A stretch of DNA of 61,071 nucleotides, counting the filler, from Dugesia japonica (taxonomy: Eukaryota): the NCBI GenBank assembly GCA_001938525.1. It is 5 parts of 5 records of this genome, joined end to end, with 100 filler letters (N's around TTAATTAATTAA, not from the genome) between each part and the next. Parts side by side here need not be neighbours in the genome. Positions count along the whole stretch, not along the records: positions 13,838 to 24,835 come from MQRL01574194.1; positions 24,936 to 34,007 come from MQRL01643211.1; 3 more parts are not named here. One strand, written 5' to 3'. The translations under genes and the position numbers were made by a program. The first letter of the stretch is position 1. The number at the start of each line of letters is the position of its first letter. Under the pieces are notes generated by a model. The model was given only the letters and a program-made list of their open reading frames with translations. It had not been told where the DNA came from and searched no databases. Positions 13,838-25,969 of this stretch are shown one piece after another.

Positions 13838-14770
13838 AATTTTGTCAAATATAAAAAAAATTTAATCAATTAAAAAAATATTTTATAAAATAAAAAAATA
13901 ATTTTGTCACATAAAAAATATTTTATCGAATAATAAAATATTTAATCAAATAAAAAAAATTAATTTATCAAATAAAACAATTATTTTGTGAAATAAAAAA
14001 AAATTTTATCAATTAAAAAAATATTTTATCAAATAAAAAATGATTTTTGTCAAATATAAAACTATTTTATCGAATATTCAAATTTTTAATCAAATAAAAA
14101 AAATTAATTTATCAAATAAAAAAATTATTTTGTCAAATATAAAAAAAATTTTATCAATTAAAATAATATTTTATCAAATAAAAAATGATTTTTGTCAAAT
14201 ATAAAACTATTTTATCGAATATTAAAATTTTTAATCAAATAAAAAAAAATTTATTTATCAAATAAAAAAATTATTTTGTCACATAAAAAAATATTTTATC
14301 GAATAATAAAATATTCTATAAAAAAAAACTATTTCGTTGTCTAAAAAGTAATGTCCGTTTTTGTTAAATAAATTAAAATAAANNNNNNNNNNNNNNNNNN
14401 NNNNNNNNNNNNNNNNNNNNNNNNNNNNNNNNTTTATCGAATAATAAAATATTTAATCAAATAAAAAAAATTATTTTATCAAATAAAACAATTATTTTGT
14501 CAAATAGAAAAAAATTTTATCAATTAAAAAAAAATATTTTATCAAATAAAAAATGAATTTTGTCAAATAAAAAAATATTTTATCAATAAAAAAAATGATT
14601 TTAATCAAATATAAAACTATTTTTATCGAATAAAAAAATTATTTTGTCAAATAAAAAAAACTTTTATCAATTAAAAAAATATTTGATCAAGTAAACAAAT
14701 ATTCTATAAAAAAAAACTATTTCGTTGTCTAAAAAGTAATGTCCGTTTTTGTTAAATAAATTAAAATAAA
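13838..14770. repeat. AT-rich satellite, about 21-bp unit (AAAAAAATTATTTTATCAAAT-like)
   Basis: Many tandem ttttatcaaat / ttttgtcaaat units with A-runs. Confidence 0.85.
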
Positions 14771-16027
14771 AAAATCTGAGTACAATAATTTTTTTAATCA
14801 TCAATGATTAACAAGTTGGTAACAAGAAATAGAATGGGATAGAGATAAATATTGTACTTAGTTTTTTTTAATTTGGATTTATTAAGAAAAACAAACATTA
14901 CTTTTTGGATGACCTAAAATTTTTTAAATAAAAAAAGCCTTATTAGATTATTACTTTTTTGTCATCGGAACTTCTAGACAATAAAACTCTAATAAAAGTA
15001 GAAATATTGTCGTTGATATTCATAAGTGTTATCTCTGAGAATCGTATTTAATGAAATTAGATGCTCCTAATCTGCAATATTATTTAAAATAAATTGAAAT
15101 ATATACGAATGTGTTTTAAATCTTCCCTCCTTCTTTATACTTTGACCGCTTCCTAATTTTTATTCAGCGCCCCCAATGAACCTGAGGCTATCGCTCGCCC
15201 TGGATTGTTCTAGCGCTCCCAGGGGCGGTATCGCTTACTTTTGGAAACATTGGTTTAAACTATACCGATATTAACAATAAGTTAGAATACAACATTGTAT
15301 TAACATTTTTGTAAATTTAATTATACGAAATTGAAATTGTTGGAAAAAGTACACATTTCAAAAGAAAAAAAGATGAATATGCTTGACGATTAGACCAAAA
15401 GTTTAAATAGTAGAAATATAATTGTTTAAATATTAGGTTTACAAGTATGACTCCGCCGATTTTTACGATTTAAAAAATCAATGACAATGAAAAAAGTCCA
15501 GGTAAATTTTTATTACAAATAATTTCCATCATTAATAGCAACATTCTTTTACATTTGGGTAATATTTTTGGATGGGTTATGAATTCAATCATAGAAGAAT
15601 TGATTTTATTTTGTGGCATTCGAATCATCTAGTCATTTTTTGACATTTTCATAATTCGTGAAGCTGTGTTCCGACAGACTATGTGTCATTGACCGCAACA
15701 AGTGGTAATCCAACGGAGCAATGTCTATTGAGTTAGCGGGTACTAAACGACGGAGTCATATTTGTACACCTAATATAATTATAATAATAATAATAATAAT
15801 AATTATTATTATTATAATTATAATAATTAATTTAATAATTATTATTATTATTATTTTTATTATTGTTATTGGTTCCGAGGTCTTTTTATATTGATTACTT
15901 TATCCCATCACTGTATTTTTCCTGTTTCTTTCTTATTACATATATTTTTGTCTGGGGTATAATACACTGGAACCGCAAGTCATACTTGTACACTTACTAT
16001 AATTCTGTTTAATTTTTCTTTTTTTAG

Positions 16028-16286
16028 AATAGACGACTCAAATTACGAAAGTGATAAACCAAATCAAAACAAAAATGTTTCGAAAATTGAAGAGAAAGGC
16101 AATATTATGGAACCTTCTAATATAAAATATTCAAATTACTCCAAGAATCAATTTAAAAAGAAGAAATATCAAGAAAATCAGCAGAAAGTTACAAATGGTG
16201 AAAAATATAGTAAAAGAATGGGTAGCCATGGTCCTAAAGATACTACTTTTGATAAAAGAAATCACCGATCAAAAGCTGAAAAATAG
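16028..16286 (+). CDS. Candidate terminal coding exon of an unidentified host gene (K/N/E-rich)
   Basis: Polypyrimidine tract plus AG at 16026-16027, then an open frame IDDSNYESDKPNQ...DKRNHRSKAEK*. Confidence 0.45.
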
Positions 16287-16899
16287 GAATTCTGATTTAT
16301 AAATTTGAATTATATTATTAACATTTCTTTCATTTAAATAATTTAATGAAAAATTTATTTTTTATTAAACTTTTCCACAAAACATAACACATAATTTGCA
16401 ATCAAGAAATTGTAGATTGTTTATTTTGAAGTTCTTTGTTTAATTGTCGAATTACCTGATTATTGCCAATTGTTATATTGTGTAAAGCTAAATATTTTTC
16501 TTTTAAATTTTCAAGTTCTCTTTGCAATTTGATAATTTTCTGATCTTTCTATAAAAATAAAATAAATATTTAAATAATTGCTGTATTAGTTTCAAAATGT
16601 TTGACAAAAACTTTGAGTATGCAATAAATAATTGATTTTTTGGCGATTTATTCAGGTGTAGGAATTGGGATTTCGGGATCGTAAAATTATCGATCCCGTT
16701 CACTTTTATGAAAAGTGATACACACATTTACTTCGAATGATGTGGAAAAGTCCCAAAAAATAGTAAAAGTCTATAATTTTTTTTATTGAAATAAGCTCTC
16801 GAAATACACGAAATTTAGATCGTGTTTCATTTCCAAACCGTGAGATGATATTTGTAAGAAATAGATCTCCAGTAAAAAACGCCCTCTCGGCATCAAGTA

Positions 16900-17060
16900 A
16901 TTTTCGTATTTGCCTCCTAATTCTGAAGAACTCCAGTTTCCAATGAATTGTCATTTCCATTGAATTTGTTCGAGTTGATACATTTTTGAAGGGAAGTCCA
17001 TCTTTGGCAGTCATACGAGCATTAATTTCTTCCATAGATGGTTTTTAGCTCGGAAAGTCA
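16900..17060 (-). mobile_element. hAT-like transposase fragment
   Basis: SMEEINARMTAKDGLPFK resembles the N-terminal 'ARLxAKDGLPF' region of invertebrate hAT transposases. Confidence 0.4.
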
Positions 17061-17099
17061 ATTAATCCTCAATTTCAGACTTGTATGAATTTTCTTAGT

Positions 17100-18330
17100 A
17101 GCCTAGATATTGTATTGGAATTTGGACAAGGTGCAAAACATTGGAATGAAGATATGCTGTCGAGAAGGAATTGTGGTACGTGTATACAACGCTTAACAGA
17201 TCATAAGAATCCAAAGGATTGAAAAATAAAGACGAGAACAATTAATGGTATTTCAGTTTCAAATACATATAAATGGCAAAGTAACGTAGAATAAATTGAA
17301 CAGAAGAATGATACAAAAAATAGAACATGTAAAAAGTTTCGATTAATAGAAGATATATAAAAAACTATAGACGGCAAAATATGGATCCCACCAGAAAGGA
17401 AAAAGTGAATAATTATTTGATAAATGAATATGATATTTGAATATTTAAGAAAAAACGTGTCAAAAGTAATTAAAGAAAGTACAGTGTAGCAAATGTACAA
17501 AGTAACAACATTTAGAACAAAGGAGGAAACTATAAAATTAAACGCTAATTAACCATTTTAGAGTATTTATATTGATATCTGTGAGCCATTCCAAGAAACC
17601 TTAGAAAGAAAAAGACATATATGTGCCTTAATATATAAATTTAGCAGATACATATGTTTAACAGTCCTAGTTAATAAATAAAGGAAACGATTATGGATAA
17701 ATAAATACTGAGATTTGGTGCTCCAAAAGAGATACATGTAGATTGTGGGGAGATCTTCGAATTGATAGTCTTTAAAGAGATGACAGATTCAATGAATATA
17801 ACTATTGATTTTTCTAGTCCATATCATCATAATACAAACGGAATAGTAGAATGTCAATTCAGAACGATCAGAGATTACATTAATGCAACATTAAAAAATA
17901 AGAAGAATAAAAATTTGGCAAATTTAATACAAGAAATTGAATATAAACTAAATGCAACAAGCCAGAAGACTTTGGAGATAAGTCAGCAGAAGTGATATTC
18001 GGTACAAAGATACATTGAGAAAAATGGTTCATTATTGGAGAAAAGAATGAAGATTCTGAAGAGTTGACACCAACAAAAAGACATTTTCAAGTTAGAGATG
18101 AGGTGCTAATCAAGGTAGAAAACAGATAAAAAAGACAAAAAATAAAGATATACAGGTCCATACGAGGTGATAAAACAGATTCATGAAAGACAATATCTGC
18201 TGAAGAGGTCAGAAGGCAAGATGATTGAAAGAAATTTGGAAAAGATTAAAAAAAAATTTAAAGAGAAGGAATGTAAAAATGATTCATTGATTTTTAATAT
18301 CTGAGAGAATTTTTAATTTTTATATATTTT
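17100..18330 (+). mobile_element. Gypsy integrase remnant with PPT and LTR start
   Basis: IYIDICEPF, FGAPKEIHVDCG, SSPYHHNTNGIVE, EIEYKLNA, then AAGAGAAGGAA followed by TGTAAAAATG at about 18272. Confidence 0.9.
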
Positions 18331-19096
18331 ATATTAAAATTTACATTCCAATTTTATTGTAAAAAATGTACTTAATAGATTTTTAAAATATTAAACCTTT
18401 TTTACATAGAAATTAATTTAAATAATTTGTATATATTATATTAGGCAAAATTATAAAAGTATAAATTATTTTATAGAAATTATGCAGAAAAATGATTAAA
18501 AATATATGTAAAGTACAAATATTTTCTAGAATTAAAATCGATATTTTTAAAATATTTTATTAAATATTTCTCAGATTTTTTGATTGAATACTAAGAATTG
18601 TTCTTTAGCATTTTTACTTTCATCAAAAATCTTGTAATAATAAATAAAAACTTATGGAGGTTTTCAATTTAACTAATACTTATATGCAAATTATTTATGT
18701 ACATATGTACATATCTATATATTGCAAATTATTTATATTGATTATTATCGTTGTTAACAATTTAATATTTTCATCTTTATAATGAAGTTAATTATTATAT
18801 TGGAAGTTTCAGATATTTCCATAGGAATGGAAGTGCTTAAAAGTTATAATCTTAAGACTAAAATTTATAAGCTGAATAAAATCTATAAGCTTAGGATTTA
18901 TATGGTTTAAATATTTTGTTTAACTGAAGCGTTACAGCCATACAAATATTGCAAATTTTGTATATTGATAATATTGGAGTATTTAATAAAAGTATTAAAC
19001 TCCACCATTTAAGTAACACAATTCTTCTATAAATGTTTTAAAGAAAGAATTATTTATAGACAGTTGGCTATAGTTTAAAGTAGGAAAATTAAATAA

Positions 19097-19738
19097 TTAA
19101 ATTAAATTTACCTTTTCAGAATGATATGTATTGCTTAGATATTTATATCTTGCAATAATTATTTCATGTTTAACATTTCTTGTCAACTTCGAATAGATAT
19201 ATTCCTTTCGTTTATTTAGTACATTTTCATTATCTATATTCACTAAAATATCACCAATTTCAATGCTATTATTGAATAAATCCAAATCGTTTTTGTGAAA
19301 ATTATCAATAATAATAATTGAAGAACTTAATTTCTCCTTTCCATTTTCCACATTAAGAGAATCGTTATTATTGCATTCTATAATTGGTACAGAAAACTTC
19401 GGTTTACAATCCTCTGTGATTGCTTGAAACACCTCTTCTTTTAATTTGATTGGAAATGAAGTATTAACATTCGATTTAATTGATAAATCAATTGAAACTA
19501 CATTGCAGTACTTAACTATTCGATAAAGATTAGGTGAATAAATTTCTAAATCAGTAGAATATTGCCTGGGAATAACGGAATTACTTAAGTTTCTATCGCT
19601 TTCATCATCTTTGAAACTGTCAGATGAAGAAATAGAGCAAGGCCTTGATGTTATTTCATCGATAATAGCATTTGTTTTAATTACTGGTTCAGGGGGATTG
19701 GTAAATTCTAAAATTTTAGAAATGGATTTGAATTCTGT
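19097..19738 (-). CDS. Terminal exon of a host PDZ-domain protein
   Basis: Acceptor AG at 19740-19739, then a 213-codon open frame TEFKSISKILEF...IEIGDILVNIDNENV...HEIIIARY...*. GD.L..I....V is the PDZ motif. Confidence 0.7.
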   Translation of the reverse strand, partial: TEFKSISKILEFTNPPEPVIKTNAIIDEITSRPCSISSSDSFKDDESDRNLSNSVIPRQYSTDLEIYSPNLYRIVKYCNVVSIDLSIKSNVNTSFPIKLKEEVFQAITEDCKPKFSVPIIECNNNDSLNVENGKEKLSSSIIIIDNFHKNDLDLFNNSIEIGDILVNIDNENVLNKRKEYIYSKLTRNVKHEIIIARYKYLSNTYHSEKVNLI

Positions 19739-19843
19739 CTAATAAGAATCATAATGATTTTAATAAAATCGTTAAAACTTTAATAGATAATAAAAAAATT
19801 AAATTTTGCAAATTATTTAAATTTAATAATTTTAATATAACTG

Positions 19844-20068
19844 GAATTCATTTAAAATAAAAGCTTCGATCAAATTTTTCTTTTGTTTTTTGAGATTGAT
19901 TCGATATTTTGACTTTGCCAGGAAGAAAAGTCAATTCCTGACGAAGACAAAGTCGAAATATCGAATCAATCTCAAAAAGAACAAAAAAAATTGTTGATCG
20001 AAGCTTTTATTTTTAATGAATTCTAAAAAACGATCAATTCAACAATTATTCTCGCAATAATTGCATTT
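19844..20068. repeat. Penelope-like inverted repeat (about 80-bp arms) containing a hammerhead motif
   Basis: 19844-19923 is the reverse complement of 19937-20023 apart from a deletion in the core. The tail sequence recurs at about 58196-58262. Confidence 0.75.
19934..19966 (+). ncRNA. Minimal type-I hammerhead ribozyme
   Basis: ATTC-CTGACGA-A-GAC-AAA-GTC-GAA-ATAT-C-GAAT gives stem I ATTC/GAAT, stem II GAC/GTC, a palindromic ATAT stem III and an AUC cleavage triplet. Confidence 0.65.
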
Positions 20069-20683
20069 GTAAAATAAAACTACTTTAATAATAAGAAAAT
20101 TATTTTTAAAAATTAGTTTAGTGGTGAGAGTCAAATAAAATATTTACAGGGTTTTTCGATCTATTAAATCATCATTAAATATATTAAAATATTTTGATTT
20201 AGATTTAACAAATTGCAGCTATGACTCCTAAAGGACACTCGGCTAAGTCAATTGCTATTATGAATGTCAAAAATTATCAGACAATTTATACATTTTCTAA
20301 CATATATTTTAAAATCGGCGAAGTATTGCTTATAAAGTGTGGAGTAGACAAACGATCTAAACTATAAGTTCAGTTGTAAGAGAAAATTAATTATTCCTGA
20401 AGAAGACAATTGTCAAAAATTTAAATATCTATAAAACAACAATTTATTTTGATTGAAGCTATTACTTTATTTTAATGAAATTATTTAATTGGTAAAATAC
20501 CTAATAAACTAACATGTTCTTTGTTTGAAAGTTCATATAAATTTAGAAGAATTCAGAACCAAGTTATAAAGTTCTTTAAATATAGCATTTCCACTTTAAA
20601 AACAACAATATTCAAAATCAGATATTTTTATGATAAATACACTACTTTTTACTATATGCATTTTTTATATTCCAATATACCTT

Positions 20684-21090
20684 CAGCGCCCGCTCTAGCA
20701 GTTACACCGCTCCAGACAAAAAGACAAATTGTCGCCCATTAAGAATAAATATAAAGTTACATATTTTTTTCCCAATAAAAATCATATCATTTTATTTGAA
20801 TTTTAATAAAAGAATATATTTAGAAAAAAAATGTAGCAGCACATCATATTGATAATGAAGTTCAAAACAGTAGAAATTGTTAACCATATCAAATTTACAT
20901 TTCTGAATGCAAAAAAAAAAAATAAAAATGTGTATTATTGCACAAACAATCAAAATGCCATTATTTTGAAAATAAAACAAGGTAACATCAACTAAAAAAA
21001 ATCACAAAACACATCAATATTTTTCTCACACTTAGCCAAAATGCCGCCCCGGGAAAAGGTCCGGTTTGCCCACCCCTAGAGCGGGCACTG
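20684..21090. mobile_element. MITE with 15-bp TIR (hAT-like)
   Basis: CAGCGCCCGCTCTAG ... CTAGAGCGGGCACTG (one mismatch). No clear TSD. Confidence 0.65.
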
Positions 21091-21184
21091 ATAATTTATT
21101 TAAATAAATATAATTTAAAATTTTCCTTTTAAACAAATTTTTGCTGGAAGGTAATTTATTAATTGTTTGTTTAATAAAGGGTAT

Positions 21185-21540
21185 GAAATGATGAACAAAC
21201 GAACCCAAACAAACCACAGCTCAACAATGATATTCGAAGACTAATTGTCAATCAAATCATCAGAAATGGGGAAACAGCAGGAAAAGTAGCACGCAGCCTA
21301 AATTTGAAAGCGAGTACAGTACATATCTATCACAATACTCGTACATGTTGAATCTGATAAAATTTGCATTCAGTAAAATCAAAGCAGTTGCGTAAGGAAT
21401 TCTGGGAAGTAACAATATCGATCTAACTGAAACGGTTGAAGAGGCTTTAACAACAATTACATGGGATGATTTCGCCGGTTAGTTCTGTCATGTGCTTAGG
21501 AATTACGCAATGGCAATGGAATCACATAGTTTTTATTAAA
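21185..21540 (+). mobile_element. Internally deleted Tc1/IS630-like transposase remnant
   Basis: HTH-like DIRRLIVNQIIRNGETAGKVARSLNLKASTV, followed by C-terminal VEEALTTITWDDFAG*FCHV. Confidence 0.5.
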
Positions 21541-23289
21541 CGTGTTTCATATTAATTCAACATTATTTTATTTATTATAAATAATAATAATTTTACTTTA
21601 TCGTGGTTTTTACTTAGATGAGGTTATGAATTAAGACAAACTGGGAATTAAGATCANNNNNNNNNNNNNNNNNNNNNNNNNNNNNNNNNNNNNNNNNNNN
21701 NNNNNNTTAAGAATTAATTTTTGGTTGGTCTTAATTTCTTCTACCTATTATATACACAAACTTTTTGCAATAAATCGTTGAGAAAAAGTCCTGGCTGGTC
21801 TTAATTCTGTAACCTACTTAAATACTTTAGATTAAACTGAAGTATTTTTTTCCCGAAAAACAAATAATCTGCTAAAATATTACCATATCTTATAACAAAA
21901 AATTGTATACTGATGAGCATTTTTATTTTACTGTAGTGTTATTTTTGAAGAGGAATGTTTAAAATTAGAGAAAATTATCATATCTAATTAATATACGTTT
22001 TGTTTTTAAACAGTATTAAATTCAATATTAATTATAAATAATATTTAACGAAATATTTTACTCCTCTATTTTCTTTTAAAGAAGAATATTTATTTTAATA
22101 ATAATTTATCAATCTTCTTAATGTATAAATAAAGATAAAAAATTAGCTTCGAAAGTTATCACTCAAACTCATGCAAAATTTGATTTATTATGAATCTGAT
22201 AGCTTATATTGATAAATATTTATTTCTAAAATACTTCATTTCTCCAATTAATTTTGAAATAAATTTTCACGAGAATATTGATTTATTATTAATGAAAATT
22301 TATCAGGTGTCAATTTATTGTGGAAATTATTAAGATTTTTCCATTAAAACAATACTGGAAAAAATAATTTTTTAATTAAAATTGTTTCCTACTTATTTAT
22401 TTACTGATTAATTTATTGACAATTTTGTTAAATTTATTGCAAGGCATATCATAGACGATCACAAATACTTTATTTTCATTCATTATTTTGTTTATATATT
22501 CAAATAAATCTAATATTTCATTCAATGTCGAATAATTTGAAAACCAACTTCTTTTTTTAAAAAAAATATATAACCCGCAAACTGAAATATTAGATTTATT
22601 TTAAATACTCGCCCTGAGAGTATGTTGATGGCAGCCCCGGTGACTCTTGCCCGACGTCAAGAGTGCATGAGCGCACCATCTGCGTGTAATTCGGATCCAT
22701 TATACATATCGACGATAGAAGTCGTAAAGAAGGAATAAATAAATATTTTATTTAGTTAATAATTCTATTTATTTCGCTTAAAAATATTTTGAATTTTAAC
22801 ATAAATTTCTTATGTAATTATAAGTTTTAATTTGCTTTTTTTTTGATTATTTTCCTAATTTCTAAAAAGTTTACCATTATGTTAATCGGTTAACTTCATT
22901 TGAAATTGTTTAAAAACACATCAATCTTCAATTCATTTTTGTTTGAACATAAAAGTCGTTGCTGATAATTTCTATTGTTCTATTGAAATAATTTACAGAA
23001 AATCACTGTTTATTCCAGTAAAAACTATCTTAAAGTTAAATTTTTATTATCTAATTTTTAAACTTATATTTGTTCATATTTATGTCGGAAGAGCTAGTTT
23101 TATTGATATTTTTTGGGATTTAAATTTTTATGAAACTTTTACAAGCATAATGATCATTTGACTAAAAATATCTAATTGATTTATTACAAATTATCTATAT
23201 GTATAAAATTAGCAAATAGATAATCAAGCAATATAATTGTAATAAGAATAATGTTAAGGGACATATTAATTATTTACTAGATGCATATG

Positions 23290-24030
23290 TCCATGTCGAA
23301 GTTATTCACAATAAAAATGTTTTCTATGATCATTATTATTGTCTTTAATTTGTTTTGTTCCTTGATCTTTAGAATTTTCAAGGTTTTCATCAACCGCTCT
23401 TCATTTTTTATTTGCCTACCTAATTTCGTTTCAAGATTACAAATAAAGATTTGCCTTTTCCCCTCGCCTCAAAATCATTTGTTTTTGACAGTATGTATCT
23501 AAATTATTCTTGTAATCCCACTCTTTCGATCAAATCTGGCTTTAAATATTCTACCACCTTGAATACAAAATCCTTTGAAATATCTCCGATAGTTAATTGT
23601 ACTTTTGTTTATCCTACTATCTCCATCGAATTCCCTTCTGCGCGTCATAGTTTATCTTCCTAAATTCTTCCTCTTTATGTATCATAAGGATATCCCATAA
23701 AATCTTTTGTTATTCAATTATCGATCAACTCATTAAGTAAGGAGTCCTGTTTATTGAGTTAGACTTACTAAATAGACTTCATTGGTTTCTGCAAATGATC
23801 CTCTCTCTTCCTTCTAAATCTCGTTTATCCAATTGTATTTTTTCCTGTCGGTTCTTGCTTCTCTAACTTTAAATAATAATAATATTCGACTCTATTGTCA
23901 TTTCTGTTGCATCTCTTACATCGTATTTCCTAACATAGTTTTCTTATATGATCTTCTTTTCTATAACCGAAGCATTTTATCACTATTTTAACCTGCTTAT
24001 CTTCTTGTTTCTGTGACACCTTAAGCACTC
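23290..24030 (-). mobile_element. Highly decayed Gypsy gag-protease remnant
   Basis: RAEGNSMEIVG*TKVQLTIGD...FKVVEYLKPDLI parallels the protease C-half of the other Gypsy copies (LRCANNSTLGIVGKV). Confidence 0.5.
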
Positions 24031-24879
24031 TACAATTTATTTTTATGAATAATTTATCCTTATAAAATCTATCAGCAAAAAAAAATTTAAATAAAAAAAA
24101 ATTTAAAAAAAAATCCTATGTAATTATATTGTAAAACATAGGGAAAATATCGCAAATATTGCATAGAAGTCAATAAAAGTTTACATAAATTGCATAGATG
24201 TCTATGTAATATTTTCAAAAATAACATAGATGTCTATCTTATATTCACAAACGAAATAATATCATAAAACACATACAATACGATCAATAATGTTATATAA
24301 TATACACAATAAACCTTATAAAATTATATAATGCACACTTAATATACTCTATATATTCACATAATGCATACAATATACACTATAATACCCACAATTTACG
24401 AAATAATGTCATATAATACGCATAATACACGAAATAATGTCATANNNNNNATATATTTAACCAAATTAAATCATTTATATACATACAATATACCCTATTG
24501 TCATATAATACATACAATAAACCTAATAATTTCATATAATACACTCAAAATAAACCTAATAACATTAAATACATACTTTTACATCAATTGAACTAGTTAA
24601 ATGATACAACAAACCCTATACATACAGGTAAATACATACAATAAACCAAATACATCTATCTAAAATATTAATATTAAATGTTCCCGGGAAAATATTAAAA
24701 TTTTATACATATTAATCCATGTGTGCATCAAAAATACATATTAAGCAATCAAAGGACTAAAATAAATTTAACAACTGATTAGTAATGGATTTGTATAATA
24801 TTATAGGCGATATGATTGAACATATAACTTCATCGNNNNNNNNNNNNNNNNNNNNNNNNNNNNNNNNNNNNNNNNNNNN

Positions 24880-24891
24880 TTAATTAATTAA
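24880..24891. other. Artificial contig linker
   Basis: TTAATTAATTAA embedded in Ns. Confidence 0.95.
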
Positions 24892-25058
24892 NNNNNNNNN
24901 NNNNNNNNNNNNNNNNNNNNNNNNNNNNNNNNNNNCCACATATTTAAATATTTTTGTACTGTCTTTATATTAAGATTATAAATTTTACAAAAACCAGTTA
25001 ATGAATTATTTTTAAAATCATAATCATTTAACATCTTATAAAAAACTGTATCCATTTT

Positions 25059-25679
25059 CTATTGTTTTAATTTGACATATGCCCGATCTATTCCAGTAAT
25101 TTCTTTTTTAGCCCCTATGCGGGTATATTTTTCTGTGGAAAAATTATTAATATCTTCATCTTTAAGTAAAATATTAAAACGTCTAGCAGTTAATCTTTTC
25201 TTTTTTTCACCTGGTACATTATGGATTTTTATTATAATATCATCAATTTTTATTGGTTCTGGTTTTTCTTTATATTTTCTTAAAACTGCATTATGTTTAT
25301 CTCTTTCTTTTTGATGATTTTCATGTAATTCATTAAGTGCGTTTATTAGTCCATCACACTTTTTCTTAAAATATTCAGCCATTAAACCATTGCTTTCTCT
25401 TCCTGTGCGTAATGTAACAATATAATTCATTACCTTTTTAAAAGCATTTTTATTTTCACACACTACATTATATTCCTCTAATTTTTTATATAGAATATCA
25501 AGATAATTTAAATTATCCCTTGCAACATCTTTTGTTAAATCATTTTTTAAATATTCTTTTAATTCATCTAAATTAACTTCTTCTTCATCCATAAAATCTT
25601 CTATTGAATTTATTAATGAAACCATTGTTAATTCACTAATTATTTTTTCATCTTGAAGAACTTTTTTCTGATCACTCAT
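25059..25679 (-). CDS. Intact 206-aa orphan protein (acidic N-half, basic C-half), possibly viral or transposon-borne
   Basis: Uninterrupted ATG-to-TAG ORF with hydrophilic, helical composition and an upstream TATAAA. No recognised domain. Confidence 0.65.
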   Translation of the reverse strand: MSDQKKVLQDEKIISELTMVSLINSIEDFMDEEEVNLDELKEYLKNDLTKDVARDNLNYLDILYKKLEEYNVVCENKNAFKKVMNYIVTLRTGRESNGLMAEYFKKKCDGLINALNELHENHQKERDKHNAVLRKYKEKPEPIKIDDIIIKIHNVPGEKKKRLTARRFNILLKDEDINNFSTEKYTRIGAKKEITGIDRAYVKLKQ

Positions 25680-25744
25680 TTTCTAGAGGAAAAATTTATG
25701 ACCTCTTAAAATAAATATTATACATTTATTTATAAATCTTATTT

Positions 25745-25969
25745 TTTATGGATTTTATTTTTTACGATTATTATGGAATTTCTAGAATAATATGCCAAAT
25801 GCAATTTTGTCATCTTTAGGAGTATAATGAAATTATTATGGAATTTCTGGAATAATATGCCAAATTGCAATTTTGTCATTATTGTGATTTGTATCATCTT
25901 TGGGAGTATAATGAGATTATTTTTTATGATTATTATGGGATTTCTGGAATATGAATCCTTCCACCTACT
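25745..25969 (-). repeat. Subterminal tandem repeats ending in AGTAGGTGG (possible Polinton-like terminus)
   Basis: Repeated TTATGGAATTTCTGGAATAATATGCCAAAT units, and CCACCTACT at 25961-25969. Confidence 0.45.

Noticed and set aside
13838-14770. Regularly spaced repeats as a CRISPR-like array
   Set aside because: Pure tandem AT-rich units with no unique spacers, in a eukaryotic context with no cas genes.
15170-15260. hAT-like single ends (also near 4520-4550, 10171 and 57580)
   Set aside because: No partner TIR or TSD identified, so boundaries are unsupported.
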